Assembly (NCBI GenBank): GCA_963728565.1
Contig: CAVSLC010000004.1
Coordinates: forward strand, 32,250 to 96,249
Length of the DNA: 64,000 nt
Direction of reading: 5' to 3'
Source: an uncultured delta proteobacterium
Lineage (GTDB): Bacteria > Desulfobacterota > Binatia > UBA9968
Shown here: positions 1-9,487 of the stretch, in pieces
Numbering within the stretch: position 1 is the stretch's first letter
Layout: each line of letters starts with the position of its first letter
Program-made: the position numbers and the translations under genes
The notes under the pieces: generated by a model
What the model was told of the DNA's origin: nothing
What the model saw: only the letters and a program-made list of their open reading frames with translations
Databases searched by the model: none

Positions 1-1610
1 GCAGCAACCGCAATAGAGATCCCCATCAAGCCCAGTTCGAGCGCGTGCGAGCCATGATGATCACCATGCGCAATCACCGGTTCGAGCCACTCGGCAAATT
101 GGCTGCCGCCAAAGACCGCGGGCAAGCCGATCCAGCCAGCTAACAACGCGCCGCCGGCTAAAATGACCAGTGGCAGGGTCATTACGTTGGGCGACTCATG
201 CAGATGTTCCTGGGTGTGATGATCGGCCCGGCACTCGCCAAAGAAGACCATAAAAAGTTGGCGAAACATATAAAAAGCCGTCATGCCGGCGCCGAGGACC
301 GCTAAGGCCCATATCACCGGATGGTGGTTCGAGAAGGCCAGCCAAAGAATTTCGTCTTTAGAGAAAAATCCAGCGGTTCCCGGTGTCCCCGATATTGCCA
401 ATACTGAAATCAAGAAAGTGAAAAACGTTAGCGGCATGTAATTTTTGAGGCCGCCCATCTTGCGCATGTCTTGTTCGTGATGCATGGCGTGAATGACACT
501 GCCGGCGCCGAGAAACAAGCAAGCTTTGAAGAATGCATGAGTCATCAAATGGAATACCGCGGCAGCATAGCCACCAACACCGATTCCGATGAACATGTAT
601 CCCAGCTGGCTTACCGTGGAATAAGCCAGTACTTTCTTGATGTCGTTTTGGGTCAGTGCAATTGTCGCTGCTAAAAGAGCCGTCATCACGCCGATTACCG
701 CAATGAGCTGCAAAGTAAAAGGCGCCATGGAGAAAAAGACATTCAGCCGGGCAGTCATGTAAACGCCGGCAGTGACCATCGTGGCGGCATGGATCAAGGC
801 GCTGACTGGAGTTGGCCCGGCCATGGCATCGGGAAGCCAAACGTAAAGCGGTATCTGCGCGGACTTACCTGCAGCTCCGACGAATAAGAAGAGGGTTGCG
901 ACCGTTGCGACGCTGAAACCCCAGATCGTCTGTCCTTCCAGGCTCGATGCCCAGCTTGCCATTTCGCGGAAAGTCAGGGTCCCATGGCCTTGAGCATCGA
1001 GAGTCCAGAATAGCAAAAACATTCCGAGGACAAAGCCAAAGTCGCCGACCCGGTTGACGATGAACGCCTTATTTCCAGCCCGGGCATTGGCGTGATCTTG
1101 GTACCAAAAACCGATCAATGCATAGGAGCACAAGCCCACGCCCTCCCAACCGACAAACATGAGCAACAAACTGTCGCCAAGCACCAAAGTCAGCATCGCG
1201 GCAGTAAACAGATTTAGATAGGCGAAGAAACGCCAAAAACCTTCATCGTCGTGCATGTAACCGGTGGCGTAGATGTGAATCAATCCGCCGATGCCGGTCA
1301 CAATCAGAATCATCACCGCGGAAAGTGGATCCACCAAAAAAGCCATATCCACTTTGAGCGAGCCGAGATCGATCCATCTGTAAAGATTATCGATCAGAGA
1401 CCGCTGCTCGGGAGGAAGCGCCTTGAGTTGAACAAAAGCCATCACCGATAGCGCGAAGGCGATGATCACGGGCGCACAAGCGATGACCGCGATTGCGCTC
1501 TTGCCCATTCGCTTTTGGATCTTGAAACCCAACAGACCATTGATGATCGCGCCAATCAAAGGCAGGAATATAATCCAACGCAGGAAATCAGTCTGTATGG
1601 GTTGATCCAT
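1..1610 (-). CDS. nuoL: NADH-quinone oxidoreductase subunit L (partial; C-terminus lies beyond the window edge)
   Basis: Not in the ORF track because it runs off the window. My manual reverse translation from the ATG at 1608-1610 gives MDQPIQTDFLRWIIFLPLIGAIINGLLG...WEGVGLCSYALIGFWY...GKSAQIPLYVWLPDAMAGPTPVSALIHAATMVTAGVYM. These are typical NuoL/ND5 antiporter-like motifs. It follows nuoK by 28 nt. Confidence 0.9.
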   Translation of the reverse strand, partial: MDQPIQTDFLRWIIFLPLIGAIINGLLGFKIQKRMGKSAIAVIACAPVIIAFALSVMAFVQLKALPPEQRSLIDNLYRWIDLGSLKVDMAFLVDPLSAVMILIVTGIGGLIHIYATGYMHDDEGFWRFFAYLNLFTAAMLTLVLGDSLLLMFVGWEGVGLCSYALIGFWYQDHANARAGNKAFIVNRVGDFGFVLGMFLLFWTLDAQGHGTLTFREMASWASSLEGQTIWGFSVATVATLFLFVGAAGKSAQIPLYVWLPDAMAGPTPVSALIHAATMVTAGVYMTARLNVFFSMAPFTLQLIAVIGVMTALLAATIALTQNDIKKVLAYSTVSQLGYMFIGIGVGGYAAAVFHLMTHAFFKACLFLGAGSVIHAMHHEQDMRKMGGLKNYMPLTFFTFLISVLAISGTPGTAGFFSKDEILWLAFSNHHPVIWALAVLGAGMTAFYMFRQLFMVFFGECRADHHTQEHLHESPNVMTLPLVILAGGALLAGWIGLPAVFGGSQFAEWLEPVIAHGDHHGSHALELGLMGISIAVA

Positions 1611-1638
1611 GGAGCTCTTCTATCCTACAACATGCACG

Positions 1639-1956
1639 CTATTCTTTGAGAGTTTGCGCGGCTTCGACATCGATCGTGTGGAAAAGCTGGAAGATCGCCA
1701 AGACGATGGCTAAGCCAACCGCGGCTTCGGCCGCGGCAAGCATGATCACGAACATGGCATAGATTTGGCCATCCAGATTTCCGCTGCCGAAATGAGAAAA
1801 AGCAACGTAGTTGATGTTGGCGCTATTGAGAATCAACTCGACACCCATCAAAACACTGATTGCATTGCGCCGCGTAAGAACACAGAGCAGGCCTAATGAG
1901 AAGAGAAGCGCGCCGATGATAAGGTAGGAGGTCAGCTCGTTGGGTGAAAAGACCAT
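1639..1956 (-). CDS. nuoK: NADH-quinone oxidoreductase subunit K
   Basis: 105 aa with 3 TM segments. The GVELILNSANINYVAF motif is typical of NuoK/ND4L. Operon position is between nuoJ and nuoL. Confidence 0.9.
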   Translation of the reverse strand: MVFSPNELTSYLIIGALLFSLGLLCVLTRRNAISVLMGVELILNSANINYVAFSHFGSGNLDGQIYAMFVIMLAAAEAAVGLAIVLAIFQLFHTIDVEAAQTLKE

Positions 1957-1958
1957 GG

Positions 1959-2459
1959 CTATTCTTTGATCTCCTTGCGGGAAAGAACCACCGCGCCGAT
2001 CATCGCGGCGAGCAGCACCAAAGAAGCCAGTTCAAAAGGCAGCAAATAGTTCTCCAGGAATAGGTCACCAATTTTGGCCGTGGTCGGTTGATGGGCAACT
2101 TCCTTTACCCTCACCCAAGGAGTCTCGCGAATGGTTTGGATTAAAATAACCAAGAAGACGCCGACGATCAGCAAACCGGGAACTCGGCCGGCGGCGCGGT
2201 TCGTGATCTCGACGTCGGTAATGCGATGCGTCAGCATCACCGCAAACAGGATGAGGACTAAGATCCCGCCGACATAGATAAGGACCTGCACGCCTGCGAC
2301 GAAATCGGCGCCAAGAAAAACATACAGGCCGGCAACTCCGGCAAAAGTTCCAAGCAGCGAAAAGGCGGAATAAATAATGTTTCGTGAAAACGCCACCACT
2401 GCGGCGGAACCCACGGTAATGATCGCGATCAGATAAAAAACCGCCGTTGAGATATCCAT
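1959..2459 (-). CDS. nuoJ: NADH-quinone oxidoreductase subunit J
   Basis: 166-aa hydrophobic protein. Size and position (between nuoI and nuoK) fit NuoJ/ND6. Confidence 0.85.
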   Translation of the reverse strand: MDISTAVFYLIAIITVGSAAVVAFSRNIIYSAFSLLGTFAGVAGLYVFLGADFVAGVQVLIYVGGILVLILFAVMLTHRITDVEITNRAAGRVPGLLIVGVFLVILIQTIRETPWVRVKEVAHQPTTAKIGDLFLENYLLPFELASLVLLAAMIGAVVLSRKEIKE

Positions 2460-2572
2460 GCTTGGTTAAATTTAGGAACGACAGGCAGAAGGCTTCTGGC
2501 TGAAATACAGGAAGATTGATTTGGTATCAAGGGGTATCGGGCAATCGACCAGCCTCCGCCCCGCGTCAACAA

Positions 2573-3130
2573 CTATTTGTCATCTGCCGCGGCTCCGCCA
2601 TCGGGCGTGGCAAATTCATCTAAATACTTTTGTCCGATGTCCACTTTCACAACCAGCGTAGGATCCGTTTCCCCGCCCTTCTTGGGCTTGTAAAGCGACG
2701 AGGGCTCGGGCGCGAAGTGACGCACCAGTCCGGCGGGATTATAACTGGCTCCTTCGAATTCCTGCGAGTGACGGATCGACCCGGTCGGACAAACTTCCGA
2801 GCACAGGCCGCAATACATGCACTTGCAAATGTCGATGTCGAAGTGCGTGAACTGGCGCTGCTTGGTCTCCTTGTTCATGTCAATGCCGATGGTGATACAG
2901 GTGATCGGACAGACGCGTTCGCAAGCCAAGCAGCCGGTGCAAATATCGAGATCGACTTCAAGAATTCCACGGTAGCGGCGCGGCAAGGTCTCCTGAATTG
3001 GTACCGGGATCTTATCCGGGTACTGGATCGTCATCGGACGTCGCACCAAGTGTGAGAAGGTGATTGACAGTCCTTCGAAAACGGACTTTACCGTGTCCTT
3101 GATGTCCCTTACATAACTGACAACTCCCAT
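2573..3130 (-). CDS. nuoI: NADH-quinone oxidoreductase subunit I (2x[4Fe-4S] ferredoxin-type)
   Basis: Two CxxCxxCxxxCP motifs (CTGCLACERVCP, CMYCGLCSEVCP). Operon context supports the call. Confidence 0.9.
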   Translation of the reverse strand: MGVVSYVRDIKDTVKSVFEGLSITFSHLVRRPMTIQYPDKIPVPIQETLPRRYRGILEVDLDICTGCLACERVCPITCITIGIDMNKETKQRQFTHFDIDICKCMYCGLCSEVCPTGSIRHSQEFEGASYNPAGLVRHFAPEPSSLYKPKKGGETDPTLVVKVDIGQKYLDEFATPDGGAAADDK

Positions 3131-3140
3131 AACCCCCCAA

Positions 3141-4337
3141 TTAAATGTGCGGCTTGAAATAAAGCTCCGGCTTGGCCTGGCGGATTTGGAAGCTTACCCG
3201 GAGTAAGAAAATGATGATGATCGCGACGCCCAGTCCAAACATGGCAGCGCTGATGATCCGTTGCAGATTAGCAGGCACAAACATGAATGCGACCGTTCCA
3301 AGTAGACAGATGAAGGAGAGCGGAACCATGTACTTCCAGCACATCGACATCAATTGATCCACGCGCACCCGCGGTAGGGTCGCCCGGATCCACATCGCAA
3401 CAAACACCCACAGATACGCCTTAAGAAAAAACGTGGTGAACTGGGCCACGGCCAAGAGTACAGGGCTATTCTCAAAGATTCCCAGTGGCGGGACCTGCCA
3501 CCCACCTAAAAACAGGGTCGTGGCCACCGCGCCGATTACATAAAGATTGCCCCATTCCGCGAAAAAGAAGAAAAGGAAGCGCATGCCGCTGTACTCGGTG
3601 ACGTATCCCGCCACCAGTTCCGATTCGGCTTCCGGTATATCGAAAGGGGTGCGGTTGCCTTCAGCTAAAGCCGCAGTGAAGTAAAGAAAGAATCCAGCGA
3701 AAGTAAATGGATTATGAAACAGATACCAGTCCCATGGTGCCCAGCCTTGTCCTTGTATGATACCCTGCATACTCAGCGTGCCGGCCAAAAACACAATCAT
3801 CAGCACCGACAGTCCGGCAGGAATTTCATAGCTGACGATTTGCGCTGCGGAGCGCATCCCGCCAAGCAGAGACCATTTATTATTGGAGGCCCAACCCGCC
3901 ATCAGTATGCCGACAACCACGAGCGAAGTCACAGCCAAAAGATAGAGAATCCCGATGTTTAAATCCGCAACGATAAGTTGCCCGCCGAATGGAATGACCA
4001 CGAAACTGCAAAGAAATCCCATGAAGACGATGTAAGGCGCAAGCGAAAAAAGCTTCGAGTCGGCCGCTGTCGGAATGATATCTTCTTTCAAAAGATTTTT
4101 GATGCCGTCGGCCAACCACTGGAGTATTCCCTGCGGCCCTACACGGTTTGGTCCGACACGGGACTGCATCCTGGCCCAGACTCGCCGTTCCAGCCAGCTG
4201 GTCACTCCCGCTAGCGGCGCTACGAAAACCGACAAAACTACAAACGCTGCCAGCAGCATGGCGATGGTGTAAACCACCTCCTTGGGGATTCCGGCAAAAG
4301 CGCCGTCGCGCATCAATTGGTCAAGGTAAGCTTGCAT
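3141..4337 (-). CDS. nuoH: NADH-quinone oxidoreductase subunit H
   Basis: 398-aa polytopic membrane protein with ERRVWARMQSRVGPNRVGPQGILQWLADGIKNLLKEDIIP and YSGMRFLFFFFAEW motifs typical of NuoH/ND1. Confidence 0.9.
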   Translation of the reverse strand: MQAYLDQLMRDGAFAGIPKEVVYTIAMLLAAFVVLSVFVAPLAGVTSWLERRVWARMQSRVGPNRVGPQGILQWLADGIKNLLKEDIIPTAADSKLFSLAPYIVFMGFLCSFVVIPFGGQLIVADLNIGILYLLAVTSLVVVGILMAGWASNNKWSLLGGMRSAAQIVSYEIPAGLSVLMIVFLAGTLSMQGIIQGQGWAPWDWYLFHNPFTFAGFFLYFTAALAEGNRTPFDIPEAESELVAGYVTEYSGMRFLFFFFAEWGNLYVIGAVATTLFLGGWQVPPLGIFENSPVLLAVAQFTTFFLKAYLWVFVAMWIRATLPRVRVDQLMSMCWKYMVPLSFICLLGTVAFMFVPANLQRIISAAMFGLGVAIIIIFLLRVSFQIRQAKPELYFKPHI

Positions 4338-4354
4338 GATCTTCGAATTTAGAT

Positions 4355-5497
4355 TTAGCGGTCGATTTCCGGCGCGTCCACGTCAAGACTGCCAATCAAG
4401 ACGATCAAATCGGCCAACATAATCCCCTTGCTCAACTTATCGATGATACTCATCGCGGTGTAAGAGCCGGTCCGAATCCGCACCCGATAGGGATATTCGC
4501 TGCCATCGCTGATGACATAAAAGCCCATATCGCCGCGGGGCGCTTCAACGCGCACATAGCACTCGCCCGCTGCTGGCCTAAATTTCCGCGGCACTTTCGA
4601 AATTGCCGGCCCGGGGGGAAGCATCTTCAGACATTGCCGGACGATTTTGCAGCTCTCCTGCAGTTCGCGGATACGGACCCAGTAACGATCAAAGCTATCT
4701 CCCAAAATGCCGATATGACCTGTGCCTACTGGAACATCGAATTCCAGTTCCGGGTAAACGGAATAGGGAATGTCACGGCGGATGTCCCACTTCAATCCGG
4801 AGCCCCGTAGATTCGGACCAACCAGATTGTATTGCAGCGCGTCTTCCTTCGAGACTACGGATACACCGGCCAATCGCTCGATAAAGATTTTGTTTTCCGA
4901 AAGCAGGCGATTGAACTCTTCGACAATCGGCTCGAAGTGGTCGAGAAACTCAGCAATACGCCCGCAGGTTTCCGGTAAAATATCGTACCCGACACCGCCA
5001 ATGCGGATGTAATTATAGGTAAGCCGAGCGCCGCAGATCTCCTCCATCAAGTTATTGATGGTTTCGCGCTCGCGCAGCGCGTGAACAAACGGTGTCATCG
5101 CGCCGATGTCCTGCCCGAAAGTTCCGACCGAAATCAGATGGCTGGCTAGGCGATTGAGCTCGCATGCAATCACCCGGCAGAACTCTCCCCGTCGAGTGAC
5201 CGGCGTTCCTGAAAGTTTTTCCGCCGCCATGCAGAAAACCTGATTGGCAAACATGGCCGCCAAGTAGTCGGCGCGGTCCGTATAAGGCACGTAGCCGTGC
5301 CAGGTTACTTTCTCGCCTATTTTTTCAATAGAACGGTGCAAATAACCCACATCTGGAATCGCTTCACCGATGACTTCGCCGTCGGTTTTCACCACGAAAC
5401 GCAAGACCCCGTGCGTGCTCGGGTGTTGCGGGCCGACGCTGATGGTCATGTCCTCGGTGTAAAGTCCGGTATCTTGGTTCTGAGCAATCTCGTTCAT
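4355..5497 (-). CDS. nuoD: NADH-quinone oxidoreductase subunit D
   Basis: 380 aa. The VGPQHPSTHGVLR N-terminal motif and C-terminal DIVLIGSLD..APEIDR are typical of NuoD / 49 kDa subunit. Confidence 0.9.
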   Translation of the reverse strand: MNEIAQNQDTGLYTEDMTISVGPQHPSTHGVLRFVVKTDGEVIGEAIPDVGYLHRSIEKIGEKVTWHGYVPYTDRADYLAAMFANQVFCMAAEKLSGTPVTRRGEFCRVIACELNRLASHLISVGTFGQDIGAMTPFVHALRERETINNLMEEICGARLTYNYIRIGGVGYDILPETCGRIAEFLDHFEPIVEEFNRLLSENKIFIERLAGVSVVSKEDALQYNLVGPNLRGSGLKWDIRRDIPYSVYPELEFDVPVGTGHIGILGDSFDRYWVRIRELQESCKIVRQCLKMLPPGPAISKVPRKFRPAAGECYVRVEAPRGDMGFYVISDGSEYPYRVRIRTGSYTAMSIIDKLSKGIMLADLIVLIGSLDVDAPEIDR

Positions 5498-5504
5498 CGA
5501 AATC

Positions 5505-6011
5505 CTATCGCAGCAGCTTTTCTACCAAGGGAGCGCGTTGCGTGCTGATGCCGTCGTATTCTTCCTGCTCGATATAGTCCTTGCGCAGGGGATATCCCTC
5601 CCAATCTTCAGGCAAGAGAATCCGGCGCAGATCGCTATGCCCTTCGAAGATAACCCCAAACAGATCGAAAATCTCGCGCTCGAACCAATTGGCAACCTTC
5701 CAAATATTCTCAACAGTCGCTATTTTCGGATTATCTCGAGGCAAGTCGACTTTGAGGACAATTTGGTGCCTACCGCTGTAAGAATAAAGATGATAAACGA
5801 GCTGGATTTTCTCTTCCTTAGGCCAGTCCACTGCCGTTTGATCCGACAGCACCTCAAACTTCAGGTCAGCGTCATCACGTAGAAAGCGGCAAACTTCGAC
5901 GATTTCTTCGGCGCCGACGAATAGATAAGGCTCCGGAACATCGGCCTTGAAGCCGCTGACTTTTCCCGAAAATTGTTTTTCGAGCCGCGAAAAAATTTCA
6001 GCGGGTTGCAT
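5505..6011 (-). CDS. nuoC: NADH-quinone oxidoreductase subunit C
   Basis: 168 aa. The WFEREIFDLFGVIFEGHSDLRRILLPEDWEGYPLRKDY motif is typical of NuoC / 30 kDa subunit. Confidence 0.85.
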   Translation of the reverse strand: MQPAEIFSRLEKQFSGKVSGFKADVPEPYLFVGAEEIVEVCRFLRDDADLKFEVLSDQTAVDWPKEEKIQLVYHLYSYSGRHQIVLKVDLPRDNPKIATVENIWKVANWFEREIFDLFGVIFEGHSDLRRILLPEDWEGYPLRKDYIEQEEYDGISTQRAPLVEKLLR

Positions 6012-6013
6012 AC

Positions 6014-6526
6014 TTAGACCTGAGCCGCGGGCTCCGGCTCACTGTTTGACTTCACCAGCCAGCGCTCACGCATCATCTTGTCTTGAATCCGCAACAAACC
6101 TTCGGTCAGCGCCTCTGGGCGCGGCGGGCATCCCGGCACATAGACATCGACAGGAACGATCTTATCGACACCTTTGCACACCGAGTAGGCTAGCTGGAAA
6201 AGGCCGCCACAGTTTGAGCAGCTACCCATCGAAATAACATATTTTGGATCCGGCATCTGATCGTAAAGAAGTTTGGTCCGCTTCGCCATTTTATACGTCA
6301 GTGTTCCGGCAACGATCATCAGATCGGATTGCCTTGGAGTCGCCCGGGGAACGGCGCCGAACCGATCCAAATCAGCCCTCGGCCCGCCGGTTTGCATCAA
6401 TTCGATGGCGCAACACGCCAAGCCGAATAGCATATACCACTGTGAAGATGCCCGCCCCCAGTTAAGTAGGTCATCCACTTTGGTGGTAAAAACCGTTTCC
6501 GGCAATGAATTAATTAGTGGTTTCAT
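6014..6526 (-). CDS. nuoB: NADH-quinone oxidoreductase subunit B
   Basis: 170 aa with the N2-cluster ligand pattern (GLACCAIE ... GSCSNCGG ... VPGCPPRPE). Confidence 0.9.
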   Translation of the reverse strand: MKPLINSLPETVFTTKVDDLLNWGRASSQWYMLFGLACCAIELMQTGGPRADLDRFGAVPRATPRQSDLMIVAGTLTYKMAKRTKLLYDQMPDPKYVISMGSCSNCGGLFQLAYSVCKGVDKIVPVDVYVPGCPPRPEALTEGLLRIQDKMMRERWLVKSNSEPEPAAQV

Positions 6527-6547
6527 CGAACCCTCCGAAGATCGGCG

Positions 6548-6934
6548 CTATGCCCTAACCTTCTTGATCCAGTCGAGATCACCTTTAACCCAGGAATAAA
6601 TCAGACCCAGGAATAAGATTCCGACAAATATGAATATTTTGATAAACGCGAATAGTCCCTCGCCGCTTTCGATAAGATTCCGAAAGACGACGGCAACGGG
6701 GAAAATAAAGGCAATTTCCACCTCAAAGATAATAAAGATGAGTGCCACGAGATAAAAACGAATATTGAAATTGACCCAGGCACTCCCCGTGGAGGGCTCG
6801 CCACACTCATAGGTCGACAGTTTACGAGCCTGAGGATTTGCCGGCCGAAGCAGACGCCCGATCAACAGGTTCACCCCGACGAATCCAAGCCCTAATGCCG
6901 TAAACACCAGGACATTAGCAAAATCAAAAAGCAT
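6548..6934 (-). CDS. nuoA: NADH-quinone oxidoreductase subunit A
   Basis: 128 aa, 3 TM segments, YECGEP motif. It is the first gene of the operon. Confidence 0.85.
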   Translation of the reverse strand: MLFDFANVLVFTALGLGFVGVNLLIGRLLRPANPQARKLSTYECGEPSTGSAWVNFNIRFYLVALIFIIFEVEIAFIFPVAVVFRNLIESGEGLFAFIKIFIFVGILFLGLIYSWVKGDLDWIKKVRA

Positions 6935-7144
6935 TAAGGTTTCTGCAGTAAATACTTAAAGATAGGTCAACATTTCCTTATAACCATAAAAGCCATTGAG
7001 AATCAACCTTCGAGAACGCCGGTCCACCCTCATGTATTTGCCATTGCTAGCTTTTTTGAATAGAGTCGTGCCGATCGCCAGCTCAATAGCTTCATACGAT
7101 ACAAACATTCCACCCAGCGAAGGCAGACCGTGCCAATACCTTCC

Positions 7145-8110
7145 ATGAAACCTACCATCAGCTGGCACATCAGCGTAATCGTCCTGCTCGCTTTTCTGAT
7201 GTTCGGGACCAGGGAGTCGCGAAGTCAAACTAAACCCGCTCCTGTGCGTGTTGCCTACAGCGCGCTATCAGCCGGGATTGGGGTCCTCTGGCTCACCCAC
7301 GAGCAAGGGATTTTCCGCAAGCATGGCTTGGAATCGAATCTGGTATATATGCGCAGCGGCACTACTGCGGCACAAGCATTATTAGCGGGTGAGATCCAGT
7401 TTGGCCATCTTTCACCGGCGCCCATGCTGACGGCGTGGGCCCAGGGCGCCGATATCGCTTGGGTGGGAACGACCATCCATCAAATGGTCTTTACCCTAAT
7501 CACGGATGCAACCATCACCAAAGCAGCTGATCTCAAGGGAAAGAAAATCGGCATTACTCGCATCGGTTCGGCAAGTGATCTCGCCTTGCGCACTGCTCTG
7601 GAACATCTTGGGCTGGGCATCAAAGATGTTGCCGTGATCTCGATGGGAGGTATCCCGGATATTCTTGCCGGGATGAGAGCCGGAGCCATAAATGGAGGAA
7701 TTCTATCCCCGCCCACTTCAACGGCTGCCCGCGAGTTGAGCTATCGCCCGCTTGTTCACATCCCCGATCTGGGCAAGGAATTTACTTTTTCAGGCATCGC
7801 AGCAAAAAAGACTTTTATTCAAGGCCAACCCAATGTCGTCAGAGGCTTTATGGCAGCACTTACCGACGGCGCGAAAATCTACAAAGAAGACAACCGTGCC
7901 GCCGTCAGGGTTTTACGAAAATACCTGCGCGCCGAAGACCGGACACTCGAAGAGGGCTACAAGGAATACGACGCAGCCATTTCCAGTCCGCCCTATCCGG
8001 GTCTTAAAGCGTTGGAAGCTGTGCGCGACAGCTTGGTCGATTCGGCGCCGCAACTCAAAAAATTTGATTTGAAAATGTTCATCGACGATGGCTTCGTAAT
8101 GCCGCGTTGA
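7145..8110 (+). CDS. ABC-type (NitT/TauT, NMT1-like) periplasmic solute-binding protein
   Basis: Signal peptide followed by a fold-typical sequence (VRVAY...GIFRKHGLE..LVYMRSGTTAAQALLAGEIQFG...LKGKKIGITR). It is a paralog of the ORFs at 29024 and 59812. Start trimmed from the track's GTG (7130) to the ATG at 7145. Confidence 0.7.
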   Translation: MKPTISWHISVIVLLAFLMFGTRESRSQTKPAPVRVAYSALSAGIGVLWLTHEQGIFRKHGLESNLVYMRSGTTAAQALLAGEIQFGHLSPAPMLTAWAQGADIAWVGTTIHQMVFTLITDATITKAADLKGKKIGITRIGSASDLALRTALEHLGLGIKDVAVISMGGIPDILAGMRAGAINGGILSPPTSTAARELSYRPLVHIPDLGKEFTFSGIAAKKTFIQGQPNVVRGFMAALTDGAKIYKEDNRAAVRVLRKYLRAEDRTLEEGYKEYDAAISSPPYPGLKALEAVRDSLVDSAPQLKKFDLKMFIDDGFVMPR

Positions 8111-8199
8111 ACAGCTGCGCAAGCAAGTCCGGCCAACCGAGAGAATCGGGACCGTTGTATATTCATTTTGGACTTTTCTTGCCGCCTCGGGAGGGCCAC

Positions 8200-9411
8200 A
8201 TGAGAATCGAAACAGAACGAAAAATGAAACGCTGGCGCGACCAGCGCTGGATATTGGATCAGGTCATCCAAGCACGGGGGATCGACTGGGATCAGGGACG
8301 GACAGGTAAAATTCTACGTAACTGCGGCCCAGGGGTTCAAAGCGATCTTCAAGAAGTTTGCCGAAGAATCCAGAAGTTCGTTGACATCTCGCGCGAATTC
8401 GCGCGCGCCGCAACCCGCCGGGAACAGCAAGCACGTGAAGCCGAAGCCGCAGGACACTTGCCGGAAGCGCGCGAACATTTCTATATTGCGGCGTGCTTCT
8501 ACACCAATGCGATGTGGGCGGTGTATGAAGACAGAAATGCCCAACGAATTAACTGGCAAGAGAAAAAACGCGCCTGTTATGACAAATTCATTCGCTACGC
8601 CGGCCGTCCCATCGAGCGGGTAGAACTTCCCTGGCAAGGCAAACTCATCCATGCGCTCCTGCACCTGCCTTCCGGCACCAAAGCTGGCGAGAAAGTGCCG
8701 TGCGTCATGTACATCCCGGGAATGGATGGTGTCAAAGAAGACAATCCCGCAACCGGTGATCCGTTTCTCGAACGCGGCATCGCCGTCTTCGCCATTGATG
8801 GCCCGGGTCAGGGCGAGACGCGTGAAGGCGGGCTCACCTGTACTGCATCGAATTACGCCGATGCCGGGAAGCTTGCATGTGATTACCTCGTGAAAAGGTC
8901 GGAAATCGACTCCGGCCGGCTTGCGATTCTGGCTTCGAGCATGGGCTCCTACTGGGCGCCGCGAGTGGTGGCCGAAGAAAAACGTTTCAAAGCCTGCGCG
9001 GTGAGCGGCGTTTGCATGGAGCCGGGGCAGTACGCCATTTTCAACATGTCATCACCGACATTCAAGCTTAACTATATGTACATGTCCGGGTATGACGACG
9101 AAGCTGCGTTCGATGAGTTTGCCAAGTCCCTGACTTTGAAAGGCGTTACAGCCAAGATAACCTGCCCGTATATGGTCGTTGCCGGCGAAGACGACGAGCA
9201 TTGCGATATGAAGTTTGTCTATGAACTGATGGGTGAAATTCCCGCTGCAAAAGTTTTATACGTATTCCAAGGAGAGCGGCATTCGATCCGCAATCCCCGC
9301 GCACGATCCCTGTTGATCAATTGGCTGGTCGATCGGCTGCTGGATAAACCGTTTAAGTCGGAGAAAATCTTTGTCGATACCAGTGGCAAAGAGATCCATG
9401 CAGATTGGTAG
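8200..9411 (+). CDS. alpha/beta-fold hydrolase (resembles the 2,6-dihydroxypseudooxynicotine hydrolase-type C-C hydrolase family)
   Basis: An N-terminal helical region is followed by an alpha/beta-hydrolase core with nucleophile elbow A-S-S-M-G (ILASSMGSYWA). Start trimmed to the ATG at 8200, which is preceded by GGGAGGG. Confidence 0.6.
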   Translation: MRIETERKMKRWRDQRWILDQVIQARGIDWDQGRTGKILRNCGPGVQSDLQEVCRRIQKFVDISREFARAATRREQQAREAEAAGHLPEAREHFYIAACFYTNAMWAVYEDRNAQRINWQEKKRACYDKFIRYAGRPIERVELPWQGKLIHALLHLPSGTKAGEKVPCVMYIPGMDGVKEDNPATGDPFLERGIAVFAIDGPGQGETREGGLTCTASNYADAGKLACDYLVKRSEIDSGRLAILASSMGSYWAPRVVAEEKRFKACAVSGVCMEPGQYAIFNMSSPTFKLNYMYMSGYDDEAAFDEFAKSLTLKGVTAKITCPYMVVAGEDDEHCDMKFVYELMGEIPAAKVLYVFQGERHSIRNPRARSLLINWLVDRLLDKPFKSEKIFVDTSGKEIHADW

Positions 9412-9487
9412 CCCGAAGCAGTCCTCATACCCATACGGCAATCTCCCATGCCATTAACACAGTGACCGGCTTATCTCAGGTAAATTG

